Below, one piece after another: positions 21,044-31,579 of a stretch of DNA of 64,000 nt. Every line of letters begins with the position of its first letter. Within the stretch, counting starts at the first letter, position 1. The translations under genes were made by a program, and so were the position numbers. The notes below the pieces were generated by a model. The model saw only the letters and a list, made by a program, of their open reading frames with translations. It made no database searches and had not been told where the DNA came from. The stretch is taken from contig JAOAGP010000064.1 in the NCBI GenBank assembly GCA_026415695.1, positions 368-64,367 of the forward strand. Reading direction: 5' to 3'. This DNA is from Thermodesulfovibrionales bacterium. Lineage in GTDB: Bacteria > Nitrospirota > Thermodesulfovibrionia > Thermodesulfovibrionales > Dissulfurispiraceae.

Positions 21044-22333
21044 CTATTTAGTCTTTAATATGTCACTGATTATTGACTCAACCTCAAATATATTGGTTGG
21101 TTTGAGTAACCCCCCGTAAAAACCATGCCTTTCTGGATATACAATTAAATCATTACTTGCATTCATCCCTGTGATGATTATCTTTACTTCTGGGTTTATT
21201 TTTTTAAGTGTGTTTGAGATGTCTATGACATCATTCGTTGACAGGGTATCACAACTTAATATAACTAAATCAAAGTTTCCTTCTGTCTTAAATGCGTCTT
21301 CGTAAATCTTTCTAACCTCATCCTTACCTTTACAACAAAACGCTTTATGACCAAGGTTACTTATAATCTCCAATAATTTGGTTATTATCCCATCATCACC
21401 TACTAAAAGGATATTTGCTAAATCCTTGACATTTGTGTTAGCCAAATTTAGACATTGATACCTTTGGGTATCTATGACATCGTTTTGTCGCAAACCCTTC
21501 CTCTCTGTAATATCTATGGCTACACCCCTTAACCCAACAACCTTATTTTCCTTAAATATCGGTCTGCTTTCAATTAGGGCATGTATGATGACACCATCTT
21601 TGGTTAGTAAACGATACTCTTCAGAGACAAAGTCCTCACCCCTTAACCTCCTTTGCATGTTTCTCATAGCCTTTTCACGATCATCTGGAAACACAATATC
21701 AACTACGGACAGTTTGTTTAGGTCTTCTTCTGTGTATCCAAACTTTTCTATACCATATGGATTTATATATGTCAGCCTCCCGTAGTTATCCATCTCAAAA
21801 AAGACAATAGGTAGAAACTCTACAAGGTCTCTATACTTTCTCTCACTTTCCTGAAGTTGCTTAAGCATCCTAATCCTTTCATTTGCCTTCTTTGCGATCA
21901 CAATCGCGTATTCAATACCATCAAAGACACAAGACTTGATACTTATATCAAGGTATGTAAATTCATCTGATTCGGTCTTTACAACAAAGTTTGTTTCTAA
22001 ACCTGTTTGGGTAAATTGTCTGTTTTTGTCAATATTAGACATCAACATGTCTCTGATGAAGATAAAAAAAGGTATCTCAATTAGGTCGTTTAAGGTCTTC
22101 TTTGTCATCTGGTTGTATTTGATATTAAAGAAATCACAAGTGGCATCATTTACATCCAGTATCTTGAGGTCATCCACCTTGATAATGATTAAGATGTCGC
22201 TTACTGCGTTTATAAGTGCCCTAAAACGATTCAGTTCCTCAAGTCGTTTTTGAAGGTCGGGGTAATAACTCTTTTTCATAGAGGTTTCCCCCAATCCAAT
22301 AATCTTTTCCCTTAAGGCAAATACATCCTTCAT
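21044..22333 (-). CDS. Two-PAS-domain protein with a C-terminal receiver-like domain and no recognisable output domain
   Basis: PAS signatures (e.g. RLTYINPYGIEKFGYTEEDL...VGLRGVAIDITERK). The C-terminus has ILLVGDD...FDLVILSCD...KIIITG...LLKP, a REC-like layout. ATGA overlap with the upstream ADH. Confidence 0.7.
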   Translation of the reverse strand: MKDVFALREKIIGLGETSMKKSYYPDLQKRLEELNRFRALINAVSDILIIIKVDDLKILDVNDATCDFFNIKYNQMTKKTLNDLIEIPFFIFIRDMLMSNIDKNRQFTQTGLETNFVVKTESDEFTYLDISIKSCVFDGIEYAIVIAKKANERIRMLKQLQESERKYRDLVEFLPIVFFEMDNYGRLTYINPYGIEKFGYTEEDLNKLSVVDIVFPDDREKAMRNMQRRLRGEDFVSEEYRLLTKDGVIIHALIESRPIFKENKVVGLRGVAIDITERKGLRQNDVIDTQRYQCLNLANTNVKDLANILLVGDDGIITKLLEIISNLGHKAFCCKGKDEVRKIYEDAFKTEGNFDLVILSCDTLSTNDVIDISNTLKKINPEVKIIITGMNASNDLIVYPERHGFYGGLLKPTNIFEVESIISDILKTK

Positions 22334-23490
22334 ATCACTGACTCATACAAATGGATAATGTCGTCCTTTTTTGGTATCTTTGGGTTTGTAGCGATGCAAG
22401 GGTCATTTAATGCAGCATCTGCAAGTCGAGGGATTGCATCTTTTTGTAATCCATATCTGCCAAGCCCAACCTCTATTTCACATCTTTGTAGTAGTTGAAG
22501 TATCGCAGCATCAAGTGCTTTTAAGACATTTTCATCAGATGTGTCTGGTTGGATAAGTCCCAATACATTGGCAATCTGTCTATATCTTTCTGGTATTGCA
22601 TCAAAATTGTATCTTACAATGCTTGGCATTAGATGTGCATTACAACATCCATGAGGGATCTTGAGCAATCCTCCCATTGCATGAGCCATCGCATGCACAA
22701 GCCCAAGGCTTGCATTTGAAAATGCAATACCAGCAGATACACTACCTAACATCATGGCTGCCCTGTAGGTTATATCATCAGGATTGTTAATTGTATGAGG
22801 AAGGTTGTCAAATATAAGTTTTATTGCATAAAGTGCGTGTAGATCTGTAATAGGTGAATTTGCAACAGAAGCATATGCCTCAAAGGCATGGCAGAGTGCA
22901 TCTAATCCTGTATAGGCTGTCAACTCTTTGTCCATAGTCGTAGTAGTTTGTGGGTCAATGAGGGCAACATCAGGGATGATAGTCTTGCTAATGATCGCAA
23001 ACTTCACATCCCTTGAAGTATCTGTAATAATTGCAAACTGTGATACATCGGCAGATGACCCTGCTGTTGTAGGAATACAGATTAATGGCGGCATAGGTTT
23101 TGTAACCTTATCTACACCCTCATAATCTCTGATGTTTCCTCCATTTGAGACCACAATAGCAATGCCTTTTGCACAATCTAAAACACTACCACCACCCACA
23201 GCAACAATGACATCACATCCTTCAGTAAAGTAAAAATCCATCCCCTGCATTACCTCAAAGTCCTTTGGATTTTGTGTTATGTCTGAGTAAGTGGAATACG
23301 CAATGTGCGAGTCTCTTAGGACATTACAAACCCTTTCTGTCCAGCCATGTTTGATTATACCTTCATCTGTTACTAACAAAACCCTCTTTGCTCCAAAGTT
23401 TTGAGCATATTTACCAACAAGATTTAACGCATCAAGACCAAATACGAATTCTGGTATGACTACCTTCCTTATAGATAATTCTATTGACAA
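22330..23490 (-). CDS. Iron-containing (group III) alcohol dehydrogenase
   Basis: GGGSVLDCAKG nucleotide motif and metal-binding His cluster (HAFEAY..., HAMAHAMGG). Confidence 0.9.
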   Translation of the reverse strand: MSIELSIRKVVIPEFVFGLDALNLVGKYAQNFGAKRVLLVTDEGIIKHGWTERVCNVLRDSHIAYSTYSDITQNPKDFEVMQGMDFYFTEGCDVIVAVGGGSVLDCAKGIAIVVSNGGNIRDYEGVDKVTKPMPPLICIPTTAGSSADVSQFAIITDTSRDVKFAIISKTIIPDVALIDPQTTTTMDKELTAYTGLDALCHAFEAYASVANSPITDLHALYAIKLIFDNLPHTINNPDDITYRAAMMLGSVSAGIAFSNASLGLVHAMAHAMGGLLKIPHGCCNAHLMPSIVRYNFDAIPERYRQIANVLGLIQPDTSDENVLKALDAAILQLLQRCEIEVGLGRYGLQKDAIPRLADAALNDPCIATNPKIPKKDDIIHLYESVI

Positions 23491-23549
23491 GTTTTTGCTC
23501 TCCTTTCAAGATTTGGTATTCATTACAAAATAAAACTAATGAGACTTTA

Positions 23550-24488
23550 TCACCTTATTAACTGTTCAAATACATCTAATGCCCTGTTTACATTTGATGG
23601 ATTACGATGAAAACCACCATGATCACCGATTGGGTCTTTAATGAAAAGTTCTACCTTACCACCATGTTTCATCACTAACTCACGAGATGTCTGCATTGCT
23701 CTACATCCATCCCTATCAGGATTTGGGTCTCTTTCTGCACAATACATCACCCAATGTGTGTCTCTAAAAGGGGTTGAGCCAAATTTACCAGTAATGATGT
23801 CATTATTTGGTGGAAAATCTCTTGCCATTCCCCCAGCATTTGATATCGTAAGGACAATAAATCTATTTTTAATTCTATCAATGGATGTCAATGCATAAGT
23901 ATTTGCAGAACCACGACTAAACCCGTGAAGTAAGACATGGCTTGGCTTGATTTGTAACTGTTGCAATGCACTATTAAAAATTATATACATGTTTTCAGGT
24001 GAGTAGTAATCCTGTGTTTTCTCACCAGTTCCAAACCACCATTGGAGTGCTATAATCCCTATACCCCTTTTTTCAGCGTATGGATGCCAAATAAAAAACT
24101 CATCAAATGCCCAACTTGCATGTCCATGTAATGTAATCAACATAGGTCTAATCTGCATCCTCTGAAAATTTTTAGGAGTCCAAACAATATAAAAACTTCT
24201 ACCATCATCTGTTGGGACAAAATATGCACCCTTATCAACTGCGTATTTGTAACGGTCTGGAGTGGCTTGTTGTGCCTTTTTAAACAATGGATGATGTTTG
24301 ATATCAGATGTAAAAGCAATTGCATTAGGTATTTGTTTCTGTAAAATGTGATCGGATCTTTCAAAAGACATCACATCTGTTTTTGATGAATCAAACAAAA
24401 ATCTGGATTCATTTGTTGTTTGCAAGTTGATGCTAAATAGTAATATGAAACGGATTAATACAACAACGATGTATCTCGTGCTTTTCAT
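23550..24488 (-). CDS. Secreted alpha/beta-hydrolase-fold esterase-like protein
   Basis: N-terminal signal/TM segment and nucleophile-elbow-like HGFSRGS (G-x-S-x-G). Family not resolved further. Confidence 0.55.
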   Translation of the reverse strand: MKSTRYIVVVLIRFILLFSINLQTTNESRFLFDSSKTDVMSFERSDHILQKQIPNAIAFTSDIKHHPLFKKAQQATPDRYKYAVDKGAYFVPTDDGRSFYIVWTPKNFQRMQIRPMLITLHGHASWAFDEFFIWHPYAEKRGIGIIALQWWFGTGEKTQDYYSPENMYIIFNSALQQLQIKPSHVLLHGFSRGSANTYALTSIDRIKNRFIVLTISNAGGMARDFPPNNDIITGKFGSTPFRDTHWVMYCAERDPNPDRDGCRAMQTSRELVMKHGGKVELFIKDPIGDHGGFHRNPSNVNRALDVFEQLIR

Positions 24489-24571
24489 AGTTAGTCTTTT
24501 ATAACGGTTTTCATAAAATCAGGTCAACTATTTTTTTGTCAAAAGATTACAAAAACATAAAAAATCTTTTT

Positions 24572-25522
24572 TTATGTATATAAATGGCATGCAACCTGTC
24601 TGCCTTTGATGGTAGTATGTTGAGGTTTAGCGGTTTTGCATGTCCCTTTTGAAAATTGACATCTTGGTTCAAAGGCACAACCATCAGTTGATATACCATC
24701 AAAAGACTCCTTAATTTGCCTTGATGATATTGGTGCTTCCCTATGAATTTTAGGTGCAGAACTGATGAGTAGTCTCGTATAAGGGTGTAGTGGCTCATCG
24801 TAAACCTCTTCAGTATTGCCCATCTCAACTATCTTGCCCATATACATAACTGCTACCCTATCGCTTATGTAATGTATCACACTTAAATCATGGCTTATAA
24901 AAAGCAAGGAGATGTTTAACTCCTTTTTTAACTCAACAAACAGGTTGATAATCTGAGCCTGAATAGATACATCAAGAGATGATAGTGGTTCATCTGCAAT
25001 GATGAATTGAGGTGATAAGACAAGTGCCCTTGCAATACATATCCTCTGTCTTTGCCCACCACTAAACTCATGTGGATAACGATTGAGGACATCATCTGAG
25101 AGCCCAACCTTTTGTAGAATCTCCTTTATGATTTTAAGTCTTTCCTCCTTATTGCCTATCTTGTGGACTATCAATGGTTCTGACAGTGTGTCAATTATCC
25201 TCATCCTTGGATTCAGAGACGCAAATGGGTCTTGAAACACAACCTGCATGTTTCTTCTATAAGACATGAGGTCTTGACCTTTTAGTTGGTTGATGTCTGT
25301 TGAGTTAAAATAGATATGCCCACTTGTAGGTGGTAATAATCTTAATATCAGTCTTGCCACGGTTGACTTGCCAGAACCACTCTCACCTACAAGGGCAAAC
25401 ACCTCGTTTCTTTTGACACTAAAGGAAATGTCATCAACGGCGTTGATGATGGTTTTTTTGCCCCACAAACCATGCCCTACTTGGAAAGACCTTGTTAGAT
25501 TCTTAACCTCAAGTATCTCCAT
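24572..25522 (-). CDS. Oligopeptide/dipeptide ABC transporter ATP-binding protein (OppF/DppF type)
   Basis: Walker A GESGSGKST, signature FSGGQRQR, Walker B IIADEP and a C-terminal oligopeptide-type extension with Cys. Confidence 0.9.
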   Translation of the reverse strand: MEILEVKNLTRSFQVGHGLWGKKTIINAVDDISFSVKRNEVFALVGESGSGKSTVARLILRLLPPTSGHIYFNSTDINQLKGQDLMSYRRNMQVVFQDPFASLNPRMRIIDTLSEPLIVHKIGNKEERLKIIKEILQKVGLSDDVLNRYPHEFSGGQRQRICIARALVLSPQFIIADEPLSSLDVSIQAQIINLFVELKKELNISLLFISHDLSVIHYISDRVAVMYMGKIVEMGNTEEVYDEPLHPYTRLLISSAPKIHREAPISSRQIKESFDGISTDGCAFEPRCQFSKGTCKTAKPQHTTIKGRQVACHLYT

Positions 25523-25525
25523 CTT

Positions 25526-26479
25526 TTAGACCTTAAAACACCTAACAAAATGACCACTTAACTTTTCTTCTAATTCTGGCTCTTCAATCTCGCAATCCCT
25601 ATCAGCAATAGGGCACCTATTAGAAAACTTACAGCCCTTTGCAAGCAAATGAGGGGGTGGAACTACCCCTTTTATTGGCACAAGTGGCTGCCCCTTTTTA
25701 ACTGGAAGGGAGTTTAAAAGCCCTTTAGTGTATGGATGAAGTGGTTTTTTTATGAGTTCATCGACATTGCCAACCTCCATCAATCTGCCAGTATACATTA
25801 TACCTGCGTAATCTACGGTCTCTGATACAACTGCCATGTCATGAGATATAAAGAGCATTGATAGACCGTATTGTTCCCTTAACTCTCTTAACAGGCTTAG
25901 TATCTGCGCTTGAATGGTCACATCAAGAGCAGTGGTTGGTTCATCTGCAATGAGTAATTTGGGTTTGCAGGCTATGGCAATGGCAATCATCACCCTCTGC
26001 CTCATTCCACCTGATAATTGATGTGGATAGTCTCTTGCCCTTAATTCAGGTGAGGGTATCTTGACAGCCTTGAGTAGTTCTACAGAATAATCAAGTGCCT
26101 CTTTCTTTTGCATACCCTTGTGTGTTATCAACACCTCGGCTATCTGGTAACCAACGGTTAGCACAGGGTTAAGTGATGTCATTGGTTCTTGGAATATCAT
26201 TCCTATTTCATTACCTCGTATAGCCCTAATCTGCTTTTCATTCAGTCCCATGATGTCTCTACCATCAAACACTATCTCGCCTGTTAAGGTCATGTTTTGA
26301 GGTAGGAGTCTTAATATTGAAAGGGCTGTCAGACTCTTCCCACACCCGCTTTCACCCACGAGTCCAAAGACCATTGAGCGACTGATATCAAATGATAGGT
26401 TTGAGACGATGTTTAAATCATGGGTATCCCGTTTTAATGTAATATTGAGATTTTTTACATGAAGCAAGATATCAGACAT
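25526..26479 (-). CDS. Oligopeptide/dipeptide ABC transporter ATP-binding protein (OppD/DppD type)
   Basis: Walker A GESGCGKSL, signature LSGGMRQR, Walker B LIADEP. Start refined to MSDILLHV (26479), 1 nt after the upstream ORF's stop; the ORF-track start is 26527. Confidence 0.9.
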   Translation of the reverse strand: MSDILLHVKNLNITLKRDTHDLNIVSNLSFDISRSMVFGLVGESGCGKSLTALSILRLLPQNMTLTGEIVFDGRDIMGLNEKQIRAIRGNEIGMIFQEPMTSLNPVLTVGYQIAEVLITHKGMQKKEALDYSVELLKAVKIPSPELRARDYPHQLSGGMRQRVMIAIAIACKPKLLIADEPTTALDVTIQAQILSLLRELREQYGLSMLFISHDMAVVSETVDYAGIMYTGRLMEVGNVDELIKKPLHPYTKGLLNSLPVKKGQPLVPIKGVVPPPHLLAKGCKFSNRCPIADRDCEIEEPELEEKLSGHFVRCFKV

Positions 26480-26480
26480 C

Positions 26481-26993
26481 TTACTGGCTTGATTTGTCAA
26501 AATCAAAGTGATACAACCTTCTTTCAACAGACGGCAGTAGTTTAACAGATATAAAAACGGTTTTCTCTTTCAATCTATAAGTATTGTCAAGGACATCAGC
26601 CCTGCCATAAACAAATGGAAGATAAAGTGGTCTTACCTCATAAGCAACTGCTTTGCCATCAGGGGCTACAATCTTTAGGTAGATATGTCTCATAAAGGAA
26701 TGATGCCAACTTGTAAACTGTTTGGCTATGTTTGTTGCAGTTTTGGCATCCTTTGCCCTGTCAATACGATAGTCAAAATCTGGGGCATACATCTTAACTT
26801 GATATTCACTGTTTAAAGGGACGAGTAATGCAACGGTCTCTAAGTCATCCCCGTGTCTTGCCCCATAAAGTATAATATCAAACATGCCTTGGATTTCAGT
26901 TTCCTTTACCTCTACTGTATCAAGATTTATTGCACCTGCAGATGTTGTTAAAAAAAACAAAAAAAGGACTAAAAGAAAAAATGCTCTCATCAT
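26481..26993 (-). CDS. Hypothetical secreted protein
   Basis: Clear signal peptide MMRAFFLLVLFLFFLTTSAGA. No motif recognised. Wedged tightly between rlmB and oppD in the same orientation. Confidence 0.55.
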   Translation of the reverse strand: MMRAFFLLVLFLFFLTTSAGAINLDTVEVKETEIQGMFDIILYGARHGDDLETVALLVPLNSEYQVKMYAPDFDYRIDRAKDAKTATNIAKQFTSWHHSFMRHIYLKIVAPDGKAVAYEVRPLYLPFVYGRADVLDNTYRLKEKTVFISVKLLPSVERRLYHFDFDKSSQ

Positions 26994-26994
26994 C

Positions 26995-27747
26995 TCACCT
27001 CTTTGTATTTCTTTGTCTTAAAACCTCATAACACAATATCCCAGTCGCCACACTGACATTTAAAGAGTTTATATTACCAAACATCGGTATTGATACCATG
27101 CCTTCACAGAGTTTCTTTACACTCTGTCTAATCCCTTTACCTTCTGACCCTATTACAATAGCCAATGGTCGTCGAAGATCCACCTCCCATAGATTATCTT
27201 GAGCACCTTTTTCAGCCCCGTATATCGTTACCCCTAAATCCTTAATATCATCAAGTATGTTTTTAATATTTGGTGTCTCAATTAGGTTTACATACTCAAC
27301 TGCACCTGAAGATGATTTTGAAACATAGCCTGAATATCCTGCACTACGATGACTCTGATGTATTACCGCATCAACACCAGTGGCATCTGCAATCCGTATG
27401 ATTGCACCAAGATTTCTTGGATCCTCAATACCATCTAATACAACAAAAAAGAACGGTTTGTCATTACCCTTGCGATTATTAACCAGCTCTTGAAGTGATA
27501 CGGGGCTTTTTTCAATTACCTTACAGACTATCCCTTGATTACCTTTTGGTAGGGAGTTTTCAAAGAAAGACTTATTTAGATACTCAATATTTGCAGAGTG
27601 GTCTTTTGCATACTTGATGATATCAGCAAACAATCCCTCCTTACCCTTTTGAATAGTCAATGAGATAATCTTCTTTTTCGCCTTTACAACCTCCTTAACT
27701 GGATTTATACCAAAGACAATCCTCTCTTTTGTTGATAGCATCTTCAA
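26995..27747 (-). CDS. rlmB: 23S rRNA (guanosine-2'-O)-methyltransferase, SpoU/TrmH family
   Basis: GINPV N-terminal substrate-binding domain and SPOUT motifs GIEDPRNLGAIIR, VIGSEGKGI and SLNVSVATGI. Confidence 0.85.
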   Translation of the reverse strand: MKMLSTKERIVFGINPVKEVVKAKKKIISLTIQKGKEGLFADIIKYAKDHSANIEYLNKSFFENSLPKGNQGIVCKVIEKSPVSLQELVNNRKGNDKPFFFVVLDGIEDPRNLGAIIRIADATGVDAVIHQSHRSAGYSGYVSKSSSGAVEYVNLIETPNIKNILDDIKDLGVTIYGAEKGAQDNLWEVDLRRPLAIVIGSEGKGIRQSVKKLCEGMVSIPMFGNINSLNVSVATGILCYEVLRQRNTKR

Positions 27748-27750
27748 GAT

Positions 27751-28572
27751 TTAGCCCTCTTTTAGTATCTTTAGCATCTTGTTGTGTATGTCAATATTCG
27801 CGGATGCAACGATTGGCACAGACTTCTTTATCCCAATTTCAACCCTATCAAGCACATTTCCATCAGTATCGGTAACGATACCGCCTGCCTCCTTAATCAA
27901 AAGCCATCCACCTGCAAAATCAAATGTCCTTGACGGTGATGGTGTAATAAATACACTTACAGCACCGTATGCCAGATATGCCATATCTAATGCTGTAGCA
28001 CCTAAACACCTCACCCTATTGAAGATGGACATAGATTTTAGTATCTTGCCTACATCTCTAAATGGTGTCTGTGCCTCAAATGCAAGGAGGTTTGTATTTG
28101 TATCTTTTTGGGTGCATATCCTACGGTTGTTAAAGAAGGCTCCTTCATCCTTCTTTGCAACAAAGCAGTCTCCAGTGAGCAGATTGATGACCAGAGACAT
28201 AAAGACATCGCCAATGTGATTGCCATCCACAAATGCTACTGATGAGCAATAAAAAGGTATACCATTTATCGCATTCTTGCTACCATCAATAGGGTCTATA
28301 AGCACATGGATATTGCTACCACCGTGAATATCTTTCAATCCAATCTCTTCAGAGATTATTGAGAGAGGTATGTTTAATGACTCAAGATACTGTATGATTG
28401 TGTCTTCAGCAATCCTATCAATCTCAAAGGTCTTATCCCCGCTTGCCCCCTTACCAATAGATTGTTGCATATTTGGAATAAGTCTGTATCCACCAATCTT
28501 CTTAAACAGCAACTCACCAAGTCTGTATAAATCTCTAATTTCCATCAAATAATAATAACATTTAACAGTCAT
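27751..28572 (-). CDS. Inositol monophosphatase / fructose-1,6-bisphosphatase family protein
   Basis: Metal-binding motifs SEE, DPIDGSKN and FDFAGG. Confidence 0.8.
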   Translation of the reverse strand: MTVKCYYYLMEIRDLYRLGELLFKKIGGYRLIPNMQQSIGKGASGDKTFEIDRIAEDTIIQYLESLNIPLSIISEEIGLKDIHGGSNIHVLIDPIDGSKNAINGIPFYCSSVAFVDGNHIGDVFMSLVINLLTGDCFVAKKDEGAFFNNRRICTQKDTNTNLLAFEAQTPFRDVGKILKSMSIFNRVRCLGATALDMAYLAYGAVSVFITPSPSRTFDFAGGWLLIKEAGGIVTDTDGNVLDRVEIGIKKSVPIVASANIDIHNKMLKILKEG

Positions 28573-28637
28573 TTAATCATACTGTAAAGACCATTTAGAT
28601 AAAATCATCAAAGAATATCAAGTAAAAGGAGATATGA

Positions 28638-28838
28638 ATGACAGTAACTGCAACAACGGATCTACTCTTTGAGATTAAACAACAAGGTAAAACTGTATGC
28701 CCATTCAAATCTGATGACATCTGTAAGGCTTCCCCCCTAACAACCATTGATGACTTGAGAATGGGTAAGTTTTGTACTTGTGAAGACTATGAGGATTGCC
28801 CAATGTTTCTTGTCAAAAGGTTACAAGGTAGGGTGTAA
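28638..28838 (+). CDS. Small Cys-rich hypothetical protein (paralog of the next ORF)
   Basis: 66 aa with AAAGGAG RBS. Shares the CP...ICKA...C..(x)YExC spacing with 28918-29145. Confidence 0.55.
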   Translation: MTVTATTDLLFEIKQQGKTVCPFKSDDICKASPLTTIDDLRMGKFCTCEDYEDCPMFLVKRLQGRV

Positions 28839-28917
28839 TCTTAAATTAATGAATGTGTAATATTACTTTAACATTGGAATTATTACAGTAGAGATATAAG
28901 TTTTAGGAGGTGAAGAG

Positions 28918-29145
28918 ATGTTTACAAGTAATGTGTTTACAAAAAACGCTATATGTCCAAATTTTCATGGAACTCCAAGCGGGATGATATGTAAGGCAAC
29001 AAACTGCTACCTAAAGGATATGACTGATGTTGATGTCCATATGTGTAGAAATGGTAGATATGAAGGATGTTTTTACTATCGTTTTTCTCTTATACATGTG
29101 TTTATAAAAAACAAAACGGAGTCAACTACACCAGCAACTGTTTAG
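28918..29145 (+). CDS. Small Cys-rich hypothetical protein (paralog of the previous ORF)
   Basis: 75 aa with a strong AGGAGGTGA RBS and motifs ICPNF...MICKAT...MCRNGRYEGC. Confidence 0.55.
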   Translation: MFTSNVFTKNAICPNFHGTPSGMICKATNCYLKDMTDVDVHMCRNGRYEGCFYYRFSLIHVFIKNKTESTTPATV

Positions 29146-29148
29146 AAA

Positions 29149-29448
29149 ATGCTGCTGACCGTAAAAAATTCAAAAGACCTACAATTATTAACCCCTTTTG
29201 AAATCATCTGTCCAGTATGCCACTGTAATGCCGTTTATAAATACGGGAAGAACAAATCAGGAAAACAGAGATATATTTGTCTGATATGCAATAAACAATT
29301 TGTCCCCGGTGTTAACAAAAATTCACAAAACAACCCTCGTTGCCCGGTCTGTGGCAAACAGATGCATAGATACAAAAATGAGGTTGGGTTTAAAAGGTTT
29401 AGGTGTTCAAATTATCCTAAATGCAAGACCTTTATTAAAAGTCAGTGA
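29149..29448 (+). CDS. Double zinc-ribbon protein (IS1 InsA-like N-terminal ribbon plus topoisomerase-type C4 finger)
   Basis: CPVCHC...CLICNKQF and CPVCGKQM...FRCSNYPKCKTF. Starts 3 nt after the previous ORF's stop. Confidence 0.6.
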   Translation: MLLTVKNSKDLQLLTPFEIICPVCHCNAVYKYGKNKSGKQRYICLICNKQFVPGVNKNSQNNPRCPVCGKQMHRYKNEVGFKRFRCSNYPKCKTFIKSQ

Positions 29449-29457
29449 TAAAATCTC

Positions 29458-30087
29458 TTATTTAATCTCTGCAATTATGGTTTCCCCTGCCTTAACCTTA
29501 TCATCAAGAGAAACGGTTTCTTTTAATGCTAATGGGAAGTAAATATCTACCCTTGAACTAAACTTGATAATGCCAAATCTATCTCCCATTCTGAAGGTAT
29601 CACCTGCTTGCCCCCTGCACACAGCCCTGCGGGCAACAAATCCCGCAACTTGACGCAGAAGTATCTTTCCGTATGTTGTCTCTAAAACAACACTAATACT
29701 TTCGTTTTCAACCGTAGCCTCTGGTTTAAACGCTGCCATAAACCTACCCTTTTTATGAACCACATCCACAATCCTACAATCACAAGGCATCCTATTTACA
29801 TGAACATCAAGTGGCGACATGAAGATGCTAATCATCTTACAACGAGATTGTAAGAAGTCCTTTTCGTATGTCTCACTGCAAACAATGACCTTTCCATCGG
29901 CAGGTGATACTAAAATGCCTTCTTTTTGAGGGATTTTCCTATCGGGGTCCCTAAAGAAAAAGAGCATGAAAAAGGTTACAAAAAGCGGTATAACTGCTAA
30001 CCACAGATATCCGTCTATAACTAATGGCGGTATTGTCAATAAGGCTGATATGGTTATAAACGGATATCCTTCAGGTGCTATACTCAT
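29458..30087 (-). CDS. psd: Phosphatidylserine decarboxylase-related proenzyme (short, membrane-anchored form)
   Basis: N-terminal TM helices and a C-terminal FGIIKFSSRVD self-cleavage-type (G/F-S-S) motif. Confidence 0.8.
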   Translation of the reverse strand: MSIAPEGYPFITISALLTIPPLVIDGYLWLAVIPLFVTFFMLFFFRDPDRKIPQKEGILVSPADGKVIVCSETYEKDFLQSRCKMISIFMSPLDVHVNRMPCDCRIVDVVHKKGRFMAAFKPEATVENESISVVLETTYGKILLRQVAGFVARRAVCRGQAGDTFRMGDRFGIIKFSSRVDIYFPLALKETVSLDDKVKAGETIIAEIK

Positions 30088-30108
30088 GATTACATAAAAT
30101 GATTGAAA

Positions 30109-31573
<1,465 letters not shown>

Positions 31574-31579
31574 AGGATG

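Noticed and set aside
29149-29448. IS1-type insertion sequence, suggested by the InsA-like zinc ribbon.
   Set aside because: There is no transposase catalytic ORF (InsB/DDE), no frameshift partner and no terminal inverted repeats. It is treated as a stand-alone zinc-ribbon protein.
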